Assembly: GCA_963763175.1 (NCBI GenBank)
Contig: CAVXOB010000004.1
Span: forward strand, 27,938 to 91,937
Length of the DNA: 64,000 nt
From: an uncultured Planctomycetota bacterium
GTDB taxonomy: Bacteria; Planctomycetota; Planctomycetia; Pirellulales; Pirellulaceae
Reading direction: 5' to 3'
In this document: positions 29,484-39,617 of the stretch, in pieces
Position numbering within the stretch: position 1 is the first letter of the stretch
How the letters are laid out: every line of letters begins with the position of its first letter
Notes under the pieces: generated by a model
Seen by the model: the letters and a program-made list of their open reading frames with translations, nothing else
Databases searched by the model: none
Told to the model about the DNA's origin: nothing
Position numbers and translations under genes: made by a program

Positions 29484-31685
29484 ATGAATACGACTGGAAC
29501 CGCATTCGACGCATTGGTGGGTCCCTGCCGCTCTGATCCGGACCGCCTGCGTTTAACATTCCTTCACGAAAGTGGGGTGGGCGAAGCGGTCACCGGGCGC
29601 GAGCTAATCGAGCGCTCCGAGGCGTTAGGGCAGCGGTTGATTGAGGGCACGCGCGCGGGCGACCGGGTTTTACTAGCGTTCCCGGCCGGGATCGATTTTG
29701 TGGTTTCATTCCTGGGGGCGGTTTGGGCGGGGTTGATCCCTGTGCCGGTACCGTATCCGAAACCACGGCGGCCGCTGTCTCGCTATCAAACGATTGCCTC
29801 GGACAGTTCCGCACTGCTGGGCTTAACGAATCGCGAAACGCTGGAACGAGTCGATTCGGAAAGCATCTCATCGGTGCGCTGGCTCTCACCCTCCGATGAC
29901 CTGGGCGGTGATGCGCCGGAAGCTCTGCGTCGGTTGAACGGTGCCAACACGCGACGGCCCGATCCGGAAGCCTTGTTTTTGCAATACACGTCTGGGTCGA
30001 CCGGGATCCCCAAGGGTGTGCGGGTCACGTTGTCGAATTTGATGACCAATCTGGAAGTCATCCAGCATGGGTTCGGACTGGGGCAATTGCCCACGGACCG
30101 TCGGATCGTGTGCAGTTGGTTGCCCGCTTATCACGACATGGGTTTGGTAGGGATTATTTTGTCCACCCTGGTCCACGACGGTCACGCCATTTTCATGTCA
30201 CCAACCTCGTTCATGCAGCGGCCGTCGCGATGGTTGTCGGCGGTGAGTGACTACCGCGCCGCGATCACCGTGGCCCCTTGCTTCGGATACCGCTATGCGG
30301 CCGCAAAGGTCACCGATGAGGAAATTTCGGGGCTGGACCTGAGTTGTTTGAGGGTGGCCGCATGCGGCGCCGAACCAATCGATGCGACGGTATTGAGAGC
30401 ATTTTCGCAGCGTTTTGCCAGTGTTGGATTTTCCGATAGCGCATTCTATCCCTGCTACGGACTGGCCGAATGCACATTGATGGTCACGGGCAGCGACCGC
30501 GCAGCTAGCAACGCAGTTCCGCGAGATGGCAGCGAGTCCCCATTGAATGCGCCCGGCTATCTCAGCCAACAAATTAGTCGCCAAGGGATGCGTGACTCGA
30601 TCGCGCGTCCTCCGCGTGACGCTGGCGACGCGGTCGAGTTAGTGTCGTCGGGCGTTTCAGGCAATGCGACGCTTGTTCGCATCGTGGATCCCGCTTTGCA
30701 ACTTCCACTTGATGAGAACGACATCGGCGAGATTTGGGTTCACTCCAATAGCGTCGCCGATGGTTATTGGGGCAAACCCGAGACGAGTGAAAGCGTTTTC
30801 GCGAGCAGACTGCCTGGCGATGAACGACGCTACCTGCGCACGGGTGACCTGGGCTATTTGAGCAACGGACAACTCTACGTGACCGGACGATTGAAAGACT
30901 TGATCATCCTCCGCGGGCAAAATCACTATCCAGAGGATTTGGAGCGGACCGTCCGGGTTAACATGGGTGGTCGAGTTGACTGCCTTAGCGCAGTGTTTTC
31001 GGTTCCCAGCGACACAGGCGAGTCACTGGCAATCGTGCAGGAAGTCCCACGAGGATTCTCAGTGGATCAGTCGGGCGAGTTGCTCGATGCGATCAGGATG
31101 TCTGTCGCGGGCGAGCATGATTTGATCGCCTCCGCGATCCTGTTGATTCGGTTCGCTTCGATGCCCCGAACCAGTAGCGGAAAGGTTCAACGAAGCCAAT
31201 GCCGTCAACAATTCTTGGATGATTCCCTCAAAGTGATCGATCGCTGGCAGCCAACGATTCAACTCGATCCGACCCTGTTTCCCAACAAGCAAGAACTGAC
31301 CCGCTCAGTCGACGTGTCCAGCCCAGGCGGGCGCCAGATCGTTTGCGAGCGGATCGAACGGGTGTTGCTGAGGTGGTTGACTCGCCAGTTAGCTTGTGAC
31401 AAAAACTCGATCGAAGCGCAGCGCCCATTCGCCGAGTGCGGAATCGATTCGCTCATGGCGGTTGAAATGAGTAGTCAACTGGAACACTGGCTCGACGTCC
31501 GACTCTCGCCGGTCATTGCATGGTCGCATCCCAACGCCGAAAAATTGGCTGAGTATCTGACGGATCAATTGCTCGGTCCCGGCCCGCAACCCGTTGAGGC
31601 GGCTGAACAGAGCATCGAGGCCCTACTCGCCGAAATTGAATCGATGAACGAAATGGAAGTGCTCAATGAAATCAGAAAGCCCTAG
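29484..31685 (+). CDS. Fatty acyl-AMP ligase (FAAL) fused to a C-terminal acyl carrier protein domain
   Basis: 733 aa. The AMP-binding core is LQYTSGSTGIPKGVRVTLSNLM, followed by YLRTGDLGY and GRLKDLIILRGQNHYPEDLE. The C-terminal carrier domain has the phosphopantetheine site ECGIDSLMAVEM. Confidence 0.9.
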   Translation: MNTTGTAFDALVGPCRSDPDRLRLTFLHESGVGEAVTGRELIERSEALGQRLIEGTRAGDRVLLAFPAGIDFVVSFLGAVWAGLIPVPVPYPKPRRPLSRYQTIASDSSALLGLTNRETLERVDSESISSVRWLSPSDDLGGDAPEALRRLNGANTRRPDPEALFLQYTSGSTGIPKGVRVTLSNLMTNLEVIQHGFGLGQLPTDRRIVCSWLPAYHDMGLVGIILSTLVHDGHAIFMSPTSFMQRPSRWLSAVSDYRAAITVAPCFGYRYAAAKVTDEEISGLDLSCLRVAACGAEPIDATVLRAFSQRFASVGFSDSAFYPCYGLAECTLMVTGSDRAASNAVPRDGSESPLNAPGYLSQQISRQGMRDSIARPPRDAGDAVELVSSGVSGNATLVRIVDPALQLPLDENDIGEIWVHSNSVADGYWGKPETSESVFASRLPGDERRYLRTGDLGYLSNGQLYVTGRLKDLIILRGQNHYPEDLERTVRVNMGGRVDCLSAVFSVPSDTGESLAIVQEVPRGFSVDQSGELLDAIRMSVAGEHDLIASAILLIRFASMPRTSSGKVQRSQCRQQFLDDSLKVIDRWQPTIQLDPTLFPNKQELTRSVDVSSPGGRQIVCERIERVLLRWLTRQLACDKNSIEAQRPFAECGIDSLMAVEMSSQLEHWLDVRLSPVIAWSHPNAEKLAEYLTDQLLGPGPQPVEAAEQSIEALLAEIESMNEMEVLNEIRKP

Positions 31686-31794
31686 AGCCTATCCGAAAAG
31701 GGGGCTGACCGGTCTGACCCTTTGGAGGCGAGTTATTTCACAAAGTATTTATCGGCCTCGCCGGAGAGGGTCAGACCCCTTTTCGGATAGGCTC
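31685..31794. repeat. Palindromic REP/MITE-like element, copy C (best preserved)
   Basis: The arms are GAGCCTATCCGAAAAGGGGGCTGACCGGTCTGACCCTTTGGAGGCGAG and GCCTCGCCGGAGAGGGTCAGACCCCTTTTCGGATAGGCTC. Its first base overlaps the last base of the FAAL TAG stop (31683-31685). Confidence 0.8.
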
Positions 31795-31919
31795 TTAAAT
31801 CCATTGGAACATAAGTGGCGGTTATTCTGTCTCAGCTATTCTGTCTCAGCGCTGCCTAGCCGCCGAGAGTCGTAGCGGCAGGATGCCGCCGATACGTCAA
31901 TTCCTGCTGCCGTCGTTTC

Positions 31920-32705
31920 TTAGCGAGACCGCAGTGTTTGGTCGATCATCCTGAGCACGGGCGCGGGATGATTCTTCATAAAAAAGTGGCCGCCGGCAAA
32001 TTGGCGACAGGTGAATTTGCCCGTCGTTGCTTTTCGCCAACCATTTAAATCCTTCAATGTCACGATTCGATCGTCGGCACCTCCGACAGCCGTGATCGGA
32101 CACGTCAGGGGTGGCTCCTCTTGGTAGACATGCGTTTCATAGACCCGCATATCGGCCCGAATCGCTGGCAATACTAACTCGAGCATCGCCGGGCTGTCCG
32201 CAATCTCCTTGGGGATCGCCCCGTACCAATTTCGTAGCTTATAGACCATTTCGTCGTCGGGCAAAGATGCGACCGGTTGACTCACTCCGAGCGCATGGGG
32301 CGGACGGCAGGCCGCCACAAACAATTGCTGGATCATCCGATCGCGCGCCCGCAAACGACGCGCTAGCTCGAACGCGACCAGCCCGCCAAAGCTGCAACCC
32401 AACAGTGTCAGAGGTCGATCTACGAACGGTCCATGAATTATTGCTTCGGCGAGCTGCTCGACCAAATCATCGATATTGTCGATAGGGGCTTCTTTCAGAC
32501 GCCCATCACGCCCGGGCAACTGGACCGCGAACAAATCGGCAGCATGAAAATTGCGTGCCCGCCAACCACCGAAAACCGCGCTTCCCATCCCGGCATAGGG
32601 TAGACAAATGATAACTTCCTGATGTCCGGTATCCGTCAGATGCGCAAACCATGGGGACGCTTGAGTGGGCGGTTTCATTGAGTCGGCCATGAAGTATACT
32701 GACAA
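31920..32705 (-). CDS. Type II thioesterase (alpha/beta hydrolase)
   Basis: 261 aa. Seen are ICLPYAGMGSAVFGGW, the nucleophile elbow GCSFGG and the C-terminal GGHFF motif. It is divergent from the PKS, 155 nt away. Confidence 0.85.
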   Translation of the reverse strand: MSVYFMADSMKPPTQASPWFAHLTDTGHQEVIICLPYAGMGSAVFGGWRARNFHAADLFAVQLPGRDGRLKEAPIDNIDDLVEQLAEAIIHGPFVDRPLTLLGCSFGGLVAFELARRLRARDRMIQQLFVAACRPPHALGVSQPVASLPDDEMVYKLRNWYGAIPKEIADSPAMLELVLPAIRADMRVYETHVYQEEPPLTCPITAVGGADDRIVTLKDLNGWRKATTGKFTCRQFAGGHFFMKNHPAPVLRMIDQTLRSR

Positions 32706-32860
32706 GGTAAAATGGATAAGCAGTGGGGGTTGTCGAACGCCTCATCTTGCACTGTCTTTCGATCGTGTCTAGCCGCCCAGTTTGGATTTGTCTCCGTTCC
32801 GGCGAACCAGGAAGGTTGCCTTCACCACTTCGCAACTCTGATGACGACTTCGCTGGCACT

Positions 32861-35800
32861 ATGAATAGTATAACGCAAAGACTCGAAAATCTGTCTCCGG
32901 CTCAACGTGAACTGTTGAAGCAACGTTTGTCTCAGGAGTCGGCAGGTGTTCAGGAACCGATTGCGATCGTTGGCATGGCCTGCCGATTTCCCGAGGCGGA
33001 CAACCTGCAGCAATATTGGGATCTGATCCTTCGCGGAGGCAACGCCACCCAAGTGATCCCTCGCGACCGTTTTCCTGTAGAACAACTCTATCACAAAGAC
33101 TACGACACTCCGGGGAAGCTGATTTCCAAATGGGCGTGCTTACGTGAAGACTTGGGCTATTTCGACCCTAAGTTTTTTGGCATCGCACCGCGAGAAGCCT
33201 CGCGGATGGACCCACAACAACGAATGCTCCTAGAGGTCGCTTGGGAGGCGATGGAACATGCGGGCATCCCGCCAGCCGAATTGTCGAAGTCACCCACCGG
33301 CGTTTTCATCGGAGTATCGCAGGTCGACTACATCAAGTTGGCGGGACAGTTCGATGATTTTTTGGAGATGATTGACGCTCACACAGGCACGGGCAATTCG
33401 TTGAGTCTTTGCGCCAATCGCTTGTCATATGTGTTCAACTTTAGCGGTCCGAGTGCATCCGTCGACACCGCGTGCTCGTCTGGATTGGTGGCATTGCACC
33501 ACGCCGTCCAGAGCCTTCGAGCGAGGGAATGCGACGCAGCCTTAGCCGGGGCGGCCAACATCTGCATCACTCCCGATTCGATGATCTCGCTGTCGCGAGC
33601 CCGGATGGTTTCGCCGACCGGACAATGTCGGCCTTTCCATCAGGACGCTGACGGATATGTACGCGGCGAAGGCAGCGGCGTGGTCGTGCTGAAGCGTCTG
33701 TCCGACGCGATCGAAACAGGCGACCGGGTGCTGGCGGTGCTCCGTCACACGGCCGTCAACCACGGCGGACGCACCTCCGGGATCACCGCTCCCAATGGAT
33801 CGGCGCAGGTCCGTGTGATGCGCAAGGCCCTCGCTGGCGGCGGAGTGTCGCCCAGCGAAATCGATTATATCGAAGCCCACGGCACGGGGACTCCCCTAGG
33901 TGATCCCATCGAAGTTGAGGCTCTTGGTGAAGTCTATCGGCAGCAAACGCCCGATGACCGACCTGTCTATCTGACGAGCGTCAAAGCCAATATCGGTCAC
34001 CTGGAAATTGCCGCAGGCATTGCCGGATTGATCAAAGCGGTCATGGTGCTGCGAAGTCGCACAGTGCCACAACAGCCGGGACTCGATACCATCAATCCGC
34101 GCATTCGGACGGAGGGGACTCGGATTCGTATTCCTACCGAAACGACCTCGCTGGGCGAACCCGGATCAAGACATTTGGCCGGCGTGAGCAGCTTTGGTTT
34201 CGGGGGAACCAACGCGCACGCGGTCATCGAATCGGTCGCTGACCCTGATGTGGCGGTTCCATCGGAAAACCCGCGTGACTATCACCTGCTGACGTTATCA
34301 GCTCAGTCCGACGACTCGCTGAAATCGCTGGCCGCATCGTACCGCGACGTGTTAGAAACACTCGACTTCCATCGGATTGGCGATTTCTGTCACGCTGCGG
34401 CGGTCAACCGAACTCATCACCCCCGACGTGCCACCGTCCGCGTCGAGAGCAAAGAGCAGTTGCTCGCCGACCTCAAAAAACTTGCTGCCGGCAAGAAGTC
34501 GCCAAGCATTCGTCGTGGTAATGTTCAGTTTCGCGGACGCGGCCGGATCGGATTCCTATTCACCGGCCAAGGATCACAGATTCCCGGCATGGGCTGCGAC
34601 CTCTATCATAGCCAACCCGTCTTTCGCGATATGATGGATCAGTGTGAAGCGTTCTTCCAAAGCGAGCGAGGCGAGTCGCTGCTGACGGTGATGTTTGATG
34701 AAAACGCGGTCGAGAAACTCAACGACACCGCTTGGACTCAGCCCGCCTTATTCGCGCTAGAAGTTTCGCTGGCGATGTTATGGAAAAGCTGGGGCATCAC
34801 GCCTTGCATCGTGATGGGGCACAGCGTTGGGGAATATGCCGCAGCTTACATGGCCGGTGTGTTTTCATTGAAAGACGGTTTACGACTGATCGCCAAGCGG
34901 GGCGAATTGATGAGCCGATTGCCCGCCGGTGGTGCCATGGCAGTGGTGTTCGACGATGAGGCCGCGGTGATTGAATTGCTGAAACCGTTTGAGGGTCGGT
35001 TGGAAATTGCCGCGCTCAACGGACCTGAGAACACGACCGTTTCGGGAACCGAAGACGCGTTGCAGGAGTTAATCTCGCATTGCGAGTCCGTGGGCGTTGG
35101 ATGCCAGCGTTTAACTGTATCGCACGCATTCCATTCCCATCTGATGGATCCGATTCTGGACGAATTCGAACAGTACGCATTGAGCGTCGAATTTTCTGCG
35201 CCAGATATTTCCTTGATTAGCAACCTCACCGGTGAATTGGTTGATGAACAGGTCACAACGCCTTCCTACTGGCGAGAACACATCCGTGGCAGCGTGCAAT
35301 TTTCGCATGGCGTGGCCACGATGTCAGCGGAGGAACTCGATGCGCTGATCGAAATCGGTCCCACGCCGGCGCTCGTCGGGATGGCCAAACGATGCATGCC
35401 GGATTGGTCCGTAGCGACGATTGCGTCGCTACGCAAAGGAAAGTCGGACGTCTCTGCTTTGATGGATGGTGTCGCGGACCTATTCGTCGCCGGTGGAACG
35501 TTGGACTGGGCCGGAGTCGACCGCCCGTGGAGTTTTAATCAGATCGATTTGCCCTCCTACCCCTTCGATCGACAGTACTATTGGCTTGAATCGGAAGGTA
35601 ATAACGAGCGTCTGGACGATGTGTTCGGACTCAATATCATTCATCCCTTGTTGGGGAAATCGATCAGAGCGGCCGAGTCGACGATCTTTCAGTGCAAGAT
35701 GCGTTCGAGCAATCCCGAATCGATGCGAGACCACGTCGTTCAAGGTTCGACCCTGGTGCCGGGGTCAGGTTTCACTGAAATGGGTTTCGCCGCTGCGACT

Positions 35801-38800
35801 GAGCTATTGGGCGAAGGATCGCACCGAGTCGAGGATCTGAGTTTTCAGCAGGCCTTGTTTCTCAGCGATGTCGCTAAAAACGTGCAGATGGTGGTCTCGC
35901 CTCCGAGCGGCTCGCGGTATCCGTTTCGGATCTACAGCCAAGGCGTCGTGGCCGGCAGTTCAGATGGCTGGGAGCTCAATGCAACCGGTACGATCGTTCG
36001 TGCTTCGGCGCAGGATGAAGCTCTGTCACCGCCCGAGATCGACCTCGACAAAGTGCGTGGGGACGTCGTTCGAACACGCGATCATGATGAATTTTATGAA
36101 ATCATGAGGCAACGAAATTTGAATTACGGACCGACCTACCAAATCATGGACGGGCTAGCCCAAACGGCGACTCAAGCGATCGCGCCGATGCGTTTCCACG
36201 AAGACGTCCTCGAGCAGTTGAAGCAGTACGCAATTCCGCCTGCCGTTGGCGACGGTGCGATGCACTGCGCTGGCGGCGTCGTGCCTCCGCAACTCGATGG
36301 TTCCTTCACTCCCTATACCTATCTGCCGACCAGCATCCGCTGCGTTCGCAGATACGCGGCACTCACAGAAGGATTGGATTCGGGAGGCGTCATCGCAGTG
36401 GCCCAACGAACCAGCGATGATGATTCGGAGAGTCCCGAATCGGTTACTGCGGACGTTTTTTTAACCGATGTCGCGGGTCGGTGCCTGATCCACTATCAAG
36501 GCGTCTCGCTGCGACGTCTGAGCCGCGCAGCGGAGGAAACCGAACGCTCCGATCCACGTCACTGGCTGTACCAGTGGGGTTGGACCGAGAATGATGAATT
36601 CGGCGACACGCTAAACGAGCCACCCGAGTCGGCCAAGGACGAAACGATTCTGATTTTGGCTGATCAACACCAGATCAGCGAGCGTTTGGCGAAGTTGGTG
36701 GCGCCCCTGTGCGAACGTACGATTGTCGTCACCGCCGGCGACCGATACTCCGGTCCGACGGCTTCATCGTACAGCTCGAACGAAGTCCAGGGCATTGAGA
36801 GGTACGAAGTCAACGCCGCTAGTGAGGAACACTTTGAGCGTTTGATTCAAGAATTAAAACTGAAGCCGAAGCGACCTTTACGGGTCGTTCATGCCTGGAG
36901 CGTTGACGTCGAAAATCCCGTCGGTGACGGTGATCAACAGCTCGCCCGATCACGTGAGCTATCGGCTTCGTCCTCTCTATTCCTATACCGCTATATCTCC
37001 AAGGCCTCGTTGGGCATCAACCCGAGTTTCTTGATCGTTACCCGCGGTGGCCAAATTATCGACGACGAACATCCCGTTCACTTCTTGCAGCAAGAGATGA
37101 TCGGGATCGGGCGGGCAGCGACGCTCGAGTATGGTGGCTTCAGTACTCGTCTCATTGACGTGGATCCTCAGGATTCAGCCGACGATGCGGCGCAGCAATT
37201 GTTGCGTGAATTATTCTTGGACAGCGAAGAAACACAAGTCGCATGGCGGGATCACAAGCGATGGTGCGGTCGCCTACAGCGTCTGGATCGATTGCAGAAT
37301 TCCGATAGCGCTCCGTCGATTCCGACCGGAACTCCGTTTCACTTAATGATCGCGGGCGACAACACCATCGAGGGCTTGCGTTACAAACCTTTCCGACGCA
37401 GCAAGCCGGTTGGTGAGCAGGTTGAGATCCGTGTGGCCGCGACGGGATTGAATTTCAGCGATATTCTGAAGTCCCTGGGACTCTATCCCGGTATCACCGA
37501 TGATGTCGTGCCAATCGGTATCGAGTGTTCCGGCGTGGTGTCGGCGATCGGCGACGAGGTGCATGATTTACAGGTCGGCGACGAAGTCATGGGGATCGTT
37601 CCCTATGGATTCGGGTCGCACTGTGTGACCTCACGTCAGGCGGTTGTCGGCAAACCCGATGCGCTTGATTTCGAGGAAGCAGCGATCATTCCCATCGCTT
37701 TCATGACCGCACACCACTGCTTGATCGACGTGGCGCGGCTGCAAAAAGGCGAGCGCGTGCTCATTCATGCCGGTGCCGGGGGCGTCGGTCTAGCAGCGAT
37801 CCAGATCGCCCAGTCCATTGGCGCCGAAGTCTTTGCGACGGCCGGCAGTGACAACAAACGCGAGTACCTCGAGGCAATCGGGGCCGATCACGTGATGAAC
37901 TCGCGGACCGTGGAGTTTGCCGATCAAATCATGGAAATCACTCAAGGACGAGGCGTGGATGTGGTGCTTAACTCGCTACCCGGCGATGCGATCGATCACA
38001 GTTTGGCGGTTTTGGCCGAGTACGGTCGCTTTGTCGAGATCGGTAAGGTGGACATCTATCAGAACAAGATGATCGGACTATTGCCTTTTCAGCGAAATCT
38101 ATCCTATACAGCCGTCGATCTCGATCGGATGTTCCGCCAGCGACCTGCACAATCCCAGGAATTGTTAGCCAGCATCATGCGGAAATTCGAAGATGGAGCT
38201 TATCAACCGCCCAACATGACCGTGTTCGATGCCGAACAAGTTGTTGATGCGTTCCGCTATATGTCGCGGCGCCAAAACATCGGAAAGATTGTGGTGTCGA
38301 TGCCGTCGATCGAGGTGCTCGATTCGTCTGAGGAAGAACGCGGAATCGAAGCACTCGTCCATCCCGCCAGCACGTATCTCGTCACCGGAGGACTCGGAGC
38401 TTTGGGACGCAAAGTGGCGGGGTGGTTGGCGAACTTGGGTGCCGATTGTGTCGTCTTGACGTCCCGCCGTGACCCGTCGGCGGATGTGATCGATGAATTG
38501 GCTGCTTTGTCGAGGCAGTTCCCCGGAACCAAGTTTGTTGCAATGTCGACGGACGTCTCGAGCGCGGAATCGCTCGCGAACACGCTACGACAAATCGACA
38601 CCGATTTACCGCCACTGCGCGGTGTGATTCACGCCGCCGGTGTCGTCGAGAATCAGTTTATGGTCGAGATGGACATGCCGACCTACGACCGCAACACCGC
38701 CGCGAAGATTCGTGGAGGTTGGAATCTCCATCAAGCGACATTGGACCGTCAGTTGGATTTCTTTGTGCTCTTTTCGTCCGTCAGCACGATCGTGGGCACC

Positions 38801-39568
38801 ATTCAGCAATCCGCTTACGGGGCGGCAAATGCATTCTTGGATGGACTGGCGCATTATCGGCGCTCGATCGGATTGCCCGTGACGGCAGTGAACTGGGGGC
38901 CATGGGGCGAGGTCGGAATGGCAGCCGAATCGGGTTCGGATTTAGCCTCCCGCGGTATGCTCAGCTTGCCCGCCGAGCCCTCCTTGGATTTGATGGGCGA
39001 ACTGATGGCCGAAGGACGTCGCCAAGCCACCGTGATGATCGCGGATTGGCCGAAATTGATTCGCGCGTATGAAGCGCTTCGCCGGAGCGGAATCGCGCCG
39101 CCGATGTTCGAACAGTTTCAATCGGCGAAGGACATCGACGAGAACGCACGTGCCGAAGCAAAGTTATTCCACGCGAAGTTGTCGTCGCTACCGGCGGCGC
39201 AGCGAGAGGAAGAACTACGGTCCTACCTGACTCGCCAAATTGCCCAGATCATGGGATTGGAACCCTCCGACCTCGATGTCAATCAATCGCTCAACACCAT
39301 GGGTTTGGATTCCCTCATGGCGATCGAGCTGGCAAATCAACTTCAATTGACGCTGCAAGTTGCCTTGCCAATGTCGATCTTCATCGAGAACCCCACGGTA
39401 GCGACCTTGGCTCGTCAATCGACCATCGCGATGGAGGGCGGCCAAGCTGACGAGCCATCGTCAACCTCCTCCGCTGACATACCGTCCGCCCACACCCCCG
39501 CCGATTCGCCCGCATCCGATTCTCAGCCCGTCGGTGATGAACTCGCTGAACCGCAGCAAACTTCTTGA
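32861..39568 (+). CDS. Type I polyketide synthase with a single fully reducing module, KS-AT-DH-ER-KR-ACP (the MAS-like/FAS-like architecture)
   Basis: The start was moved to ATG 32861 (MNSITQRLENLSPAQRELLKQRL...). Domains:
- KS, about 32954-34237: DTACSSG (Cys codon 33473), HGTGTPLGDP and NIGHLE.
- AT, about 34544-35437: GQGSQ, GHSVGE (Ser codon 34823) and the HAFH motif at 35123-35134.
- DH, about 35630-36517: HPLLG and MRDHVVQGSTLVPG.
- ER, about 37340-38302: LIHAGAGGVGLAAIQIAQ.
- KR, about 38372-38917: YLVTGGLGALG and SAYGAANAF.
- ACP, about 39200-39427: GLDSL (Ser codon 39311).
- No integrated TE domain. Confidence 0.95.
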   Translation: MNSITQRLENLSPAQRELLKQRLSQESAGVQEPIAIVGMACRFPEADNLQQYWDLILRGGNATQVIPRDRFPVEQLYHKDYDTPGKLISKWACLREDLGYFDPKFFGIAPREASRMDPQQRMLLEVAWEAMEHAGIPPAELSKSPTGVFIGVSQVDYIKLAGQFDDFLEMIDAHTGTGNSLSLCANRLSYVFNFSGPSASVDTACSSGLVALHHAVQSLRARECDAALAGAANICITPDSMISLSRARMVSPTGQCRPFHQDADGYVRGEGSGVVVLKRLSDAIETGDRVLAVLRHTAVNHGGRTSGITAPNGSAQVRVMRKALAGGGVSPSEIDYIEAHGTGTPLGDPIEVEALGEVYRQQTPDDRPVYLTSVKANIGHLEIAAGIAGLIKAVMVLRSRTVPQQPGLDTINPRIRTEGTRIRIPTETTSLGEPGSRHLAGVSSFGFGGTNAHAVIESVADPDVAVPSENPRDYHLLTLSAQSDDSLKSLAASYRDVLETLDFHRIGDFCHAAAVNRTHHPRRATVRVESKEQLLADLKKLAAGKKSPSIRRGNVQFRGRGRIGFLFTGQGSQIPGMGCDLYHSQPVFRDMMDQCEAFFQSERGESLLTVMFDENAVEKLNDTAWTQPALFALEVSLAMLWKSWGITPCIVMGHSVGEYAAAYMAGVFSLKDGLRLIAKRGELMSRLPAGGAMAVVFDDEAAVIELLKPFEGRLEIAALNGPENTTVSGTEDALQELISHCESVGVGCQRLTVSHAFHSHLMDPILDEFEQYALSVEFSAPDISLISNLTGELVDEQVTTPSYWREHIRGSVQFSHGVATMSAEELDALIEIGPTPALVGMAKRCMPDWSVATIASLRKGKSDVSALMDGVADLFVAGGTLDWAGVDRPWSFNQIDLPSYPFDRQYYWLESEGNNERLDDVFGLNIIHPLLGKSIRAAESTIFQCKMRSSNPESMRDHVVQGSTLVPGSGFTEMGFAAATELLGEGSHRVEDLSFQQALFLSDVAKNVQMVVSPPSGSRYPFRIYSQGVVAGSSDGWELNATGTIVRASAQDEALSPPEIDLDKVRGDVVRTRDHDEFYEIMRQRNLNYGPTYQIMDGLAQTATQAIAPMRFHEDVLEQLKQYAIPPAVGDGAMHCAGGVVPPQLDGSFTPYTYLPTSIRCVRRYAALTEGLDSGGVIAVAQRTSDDDSESPESVTADVFLTDVAGRCLIHYQGVSLRRLSRAAEETERSDPRHWLYQWGWTENDEFGDTLNEPPESAKDETILILADQHQISERLAKLVAPLCERTIVVTAGDRYSGPTASSYSSNEVQGIERYEVNAASEEHFERLIQELKLKPKRPLRVVHAWSVDVENPVGDGDQQLARSRELSASSSLFLYRYISKASLGINPSFLIVTRGGQIIDDEHPVHFLQQEMIGIGRAATLEYGGFSTRLIDVDPQDSADDAAQQLLRELFLDSEETQVAWRDHKRWCGRLQRLDRLQNSDSAPSIPTGTPFHLMIAGDNTIEGLRYKPFRRSKPVGEQVEIRVAATGLNFSDILKSLGLYPGITDDVVPIGIECSGVVSAIGDEVHDLQVGDEVMGIVPYGFGSHCVTSRQAVVGKPDALDFEEAAIIPIAFMTAHHCLIDVARLQKGERVLIHAGAGGVGLAAIQIAQSIGAEVFATAGSDNKREYLEAIGADHVMNSRTVEFADQIMEITQGRGVDVVLNSLPGDAIDHSLAVLAEYGRFVEIGKVDIYQNKMIGLLPFQRNLSYTAVDLDRMFRQRPAQSQELLASIMRKFEDGAYQPPNMTVFDAEQVVDAFRYMSRRQNIGKIVVSMPSIEVLDSSEEERGIEALVHPASTYLVTGGLGALGRKVAGWLANLGADCVVLTSRRDPSADVIDELAALSRQFPGTKFVAMSTDVSSAESLANTLRQIDTDLPPLRGVIHAAGVVENQFMVEMDMPTYDRNTAAKIRGGWNLHQATLDRQLDFFVLFSSVSTIVGTIQQSAYGAANAFLDGLAHYRRSIGLPVTAVNWGPWGEVGMAAESGSDLASRGMLSLPAEPSLDLMGELMAEGRRQATVMIADWPKLIRAYEALRRSGIAPPMFEQFQSAKDIDENARAEAKLFHAKLSSLPAAQREEELRSYLTRQIAQIMGLEPSDLDVNQSLNTMGLDSLMAIELANQLQLTLQVALPMSIFIENPTVATLARQSTIAMEGGQADEPSSTSSADIPSAHTPADSPASDSQPVGDELAEPQQTS

Positions 39569-39571
39569 CAC

Positions 39572-39594
39572 AGGCGTGATCCGCCTCTTTTCTC
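39572..39594 (+). terminator. Weak intrinsic-terminator-like hairpin after the PKS
   Basis: The stem-loop is AGGCG-TGATC-CGCCT (39572-39586), followed by CTTTTCTC. It lies between the convergent PKS and MFS genes. Confidence 0.3.
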
Positions 39595-39617
39595 ACAACC
39601 GGAGCTAGCGCAATCAC

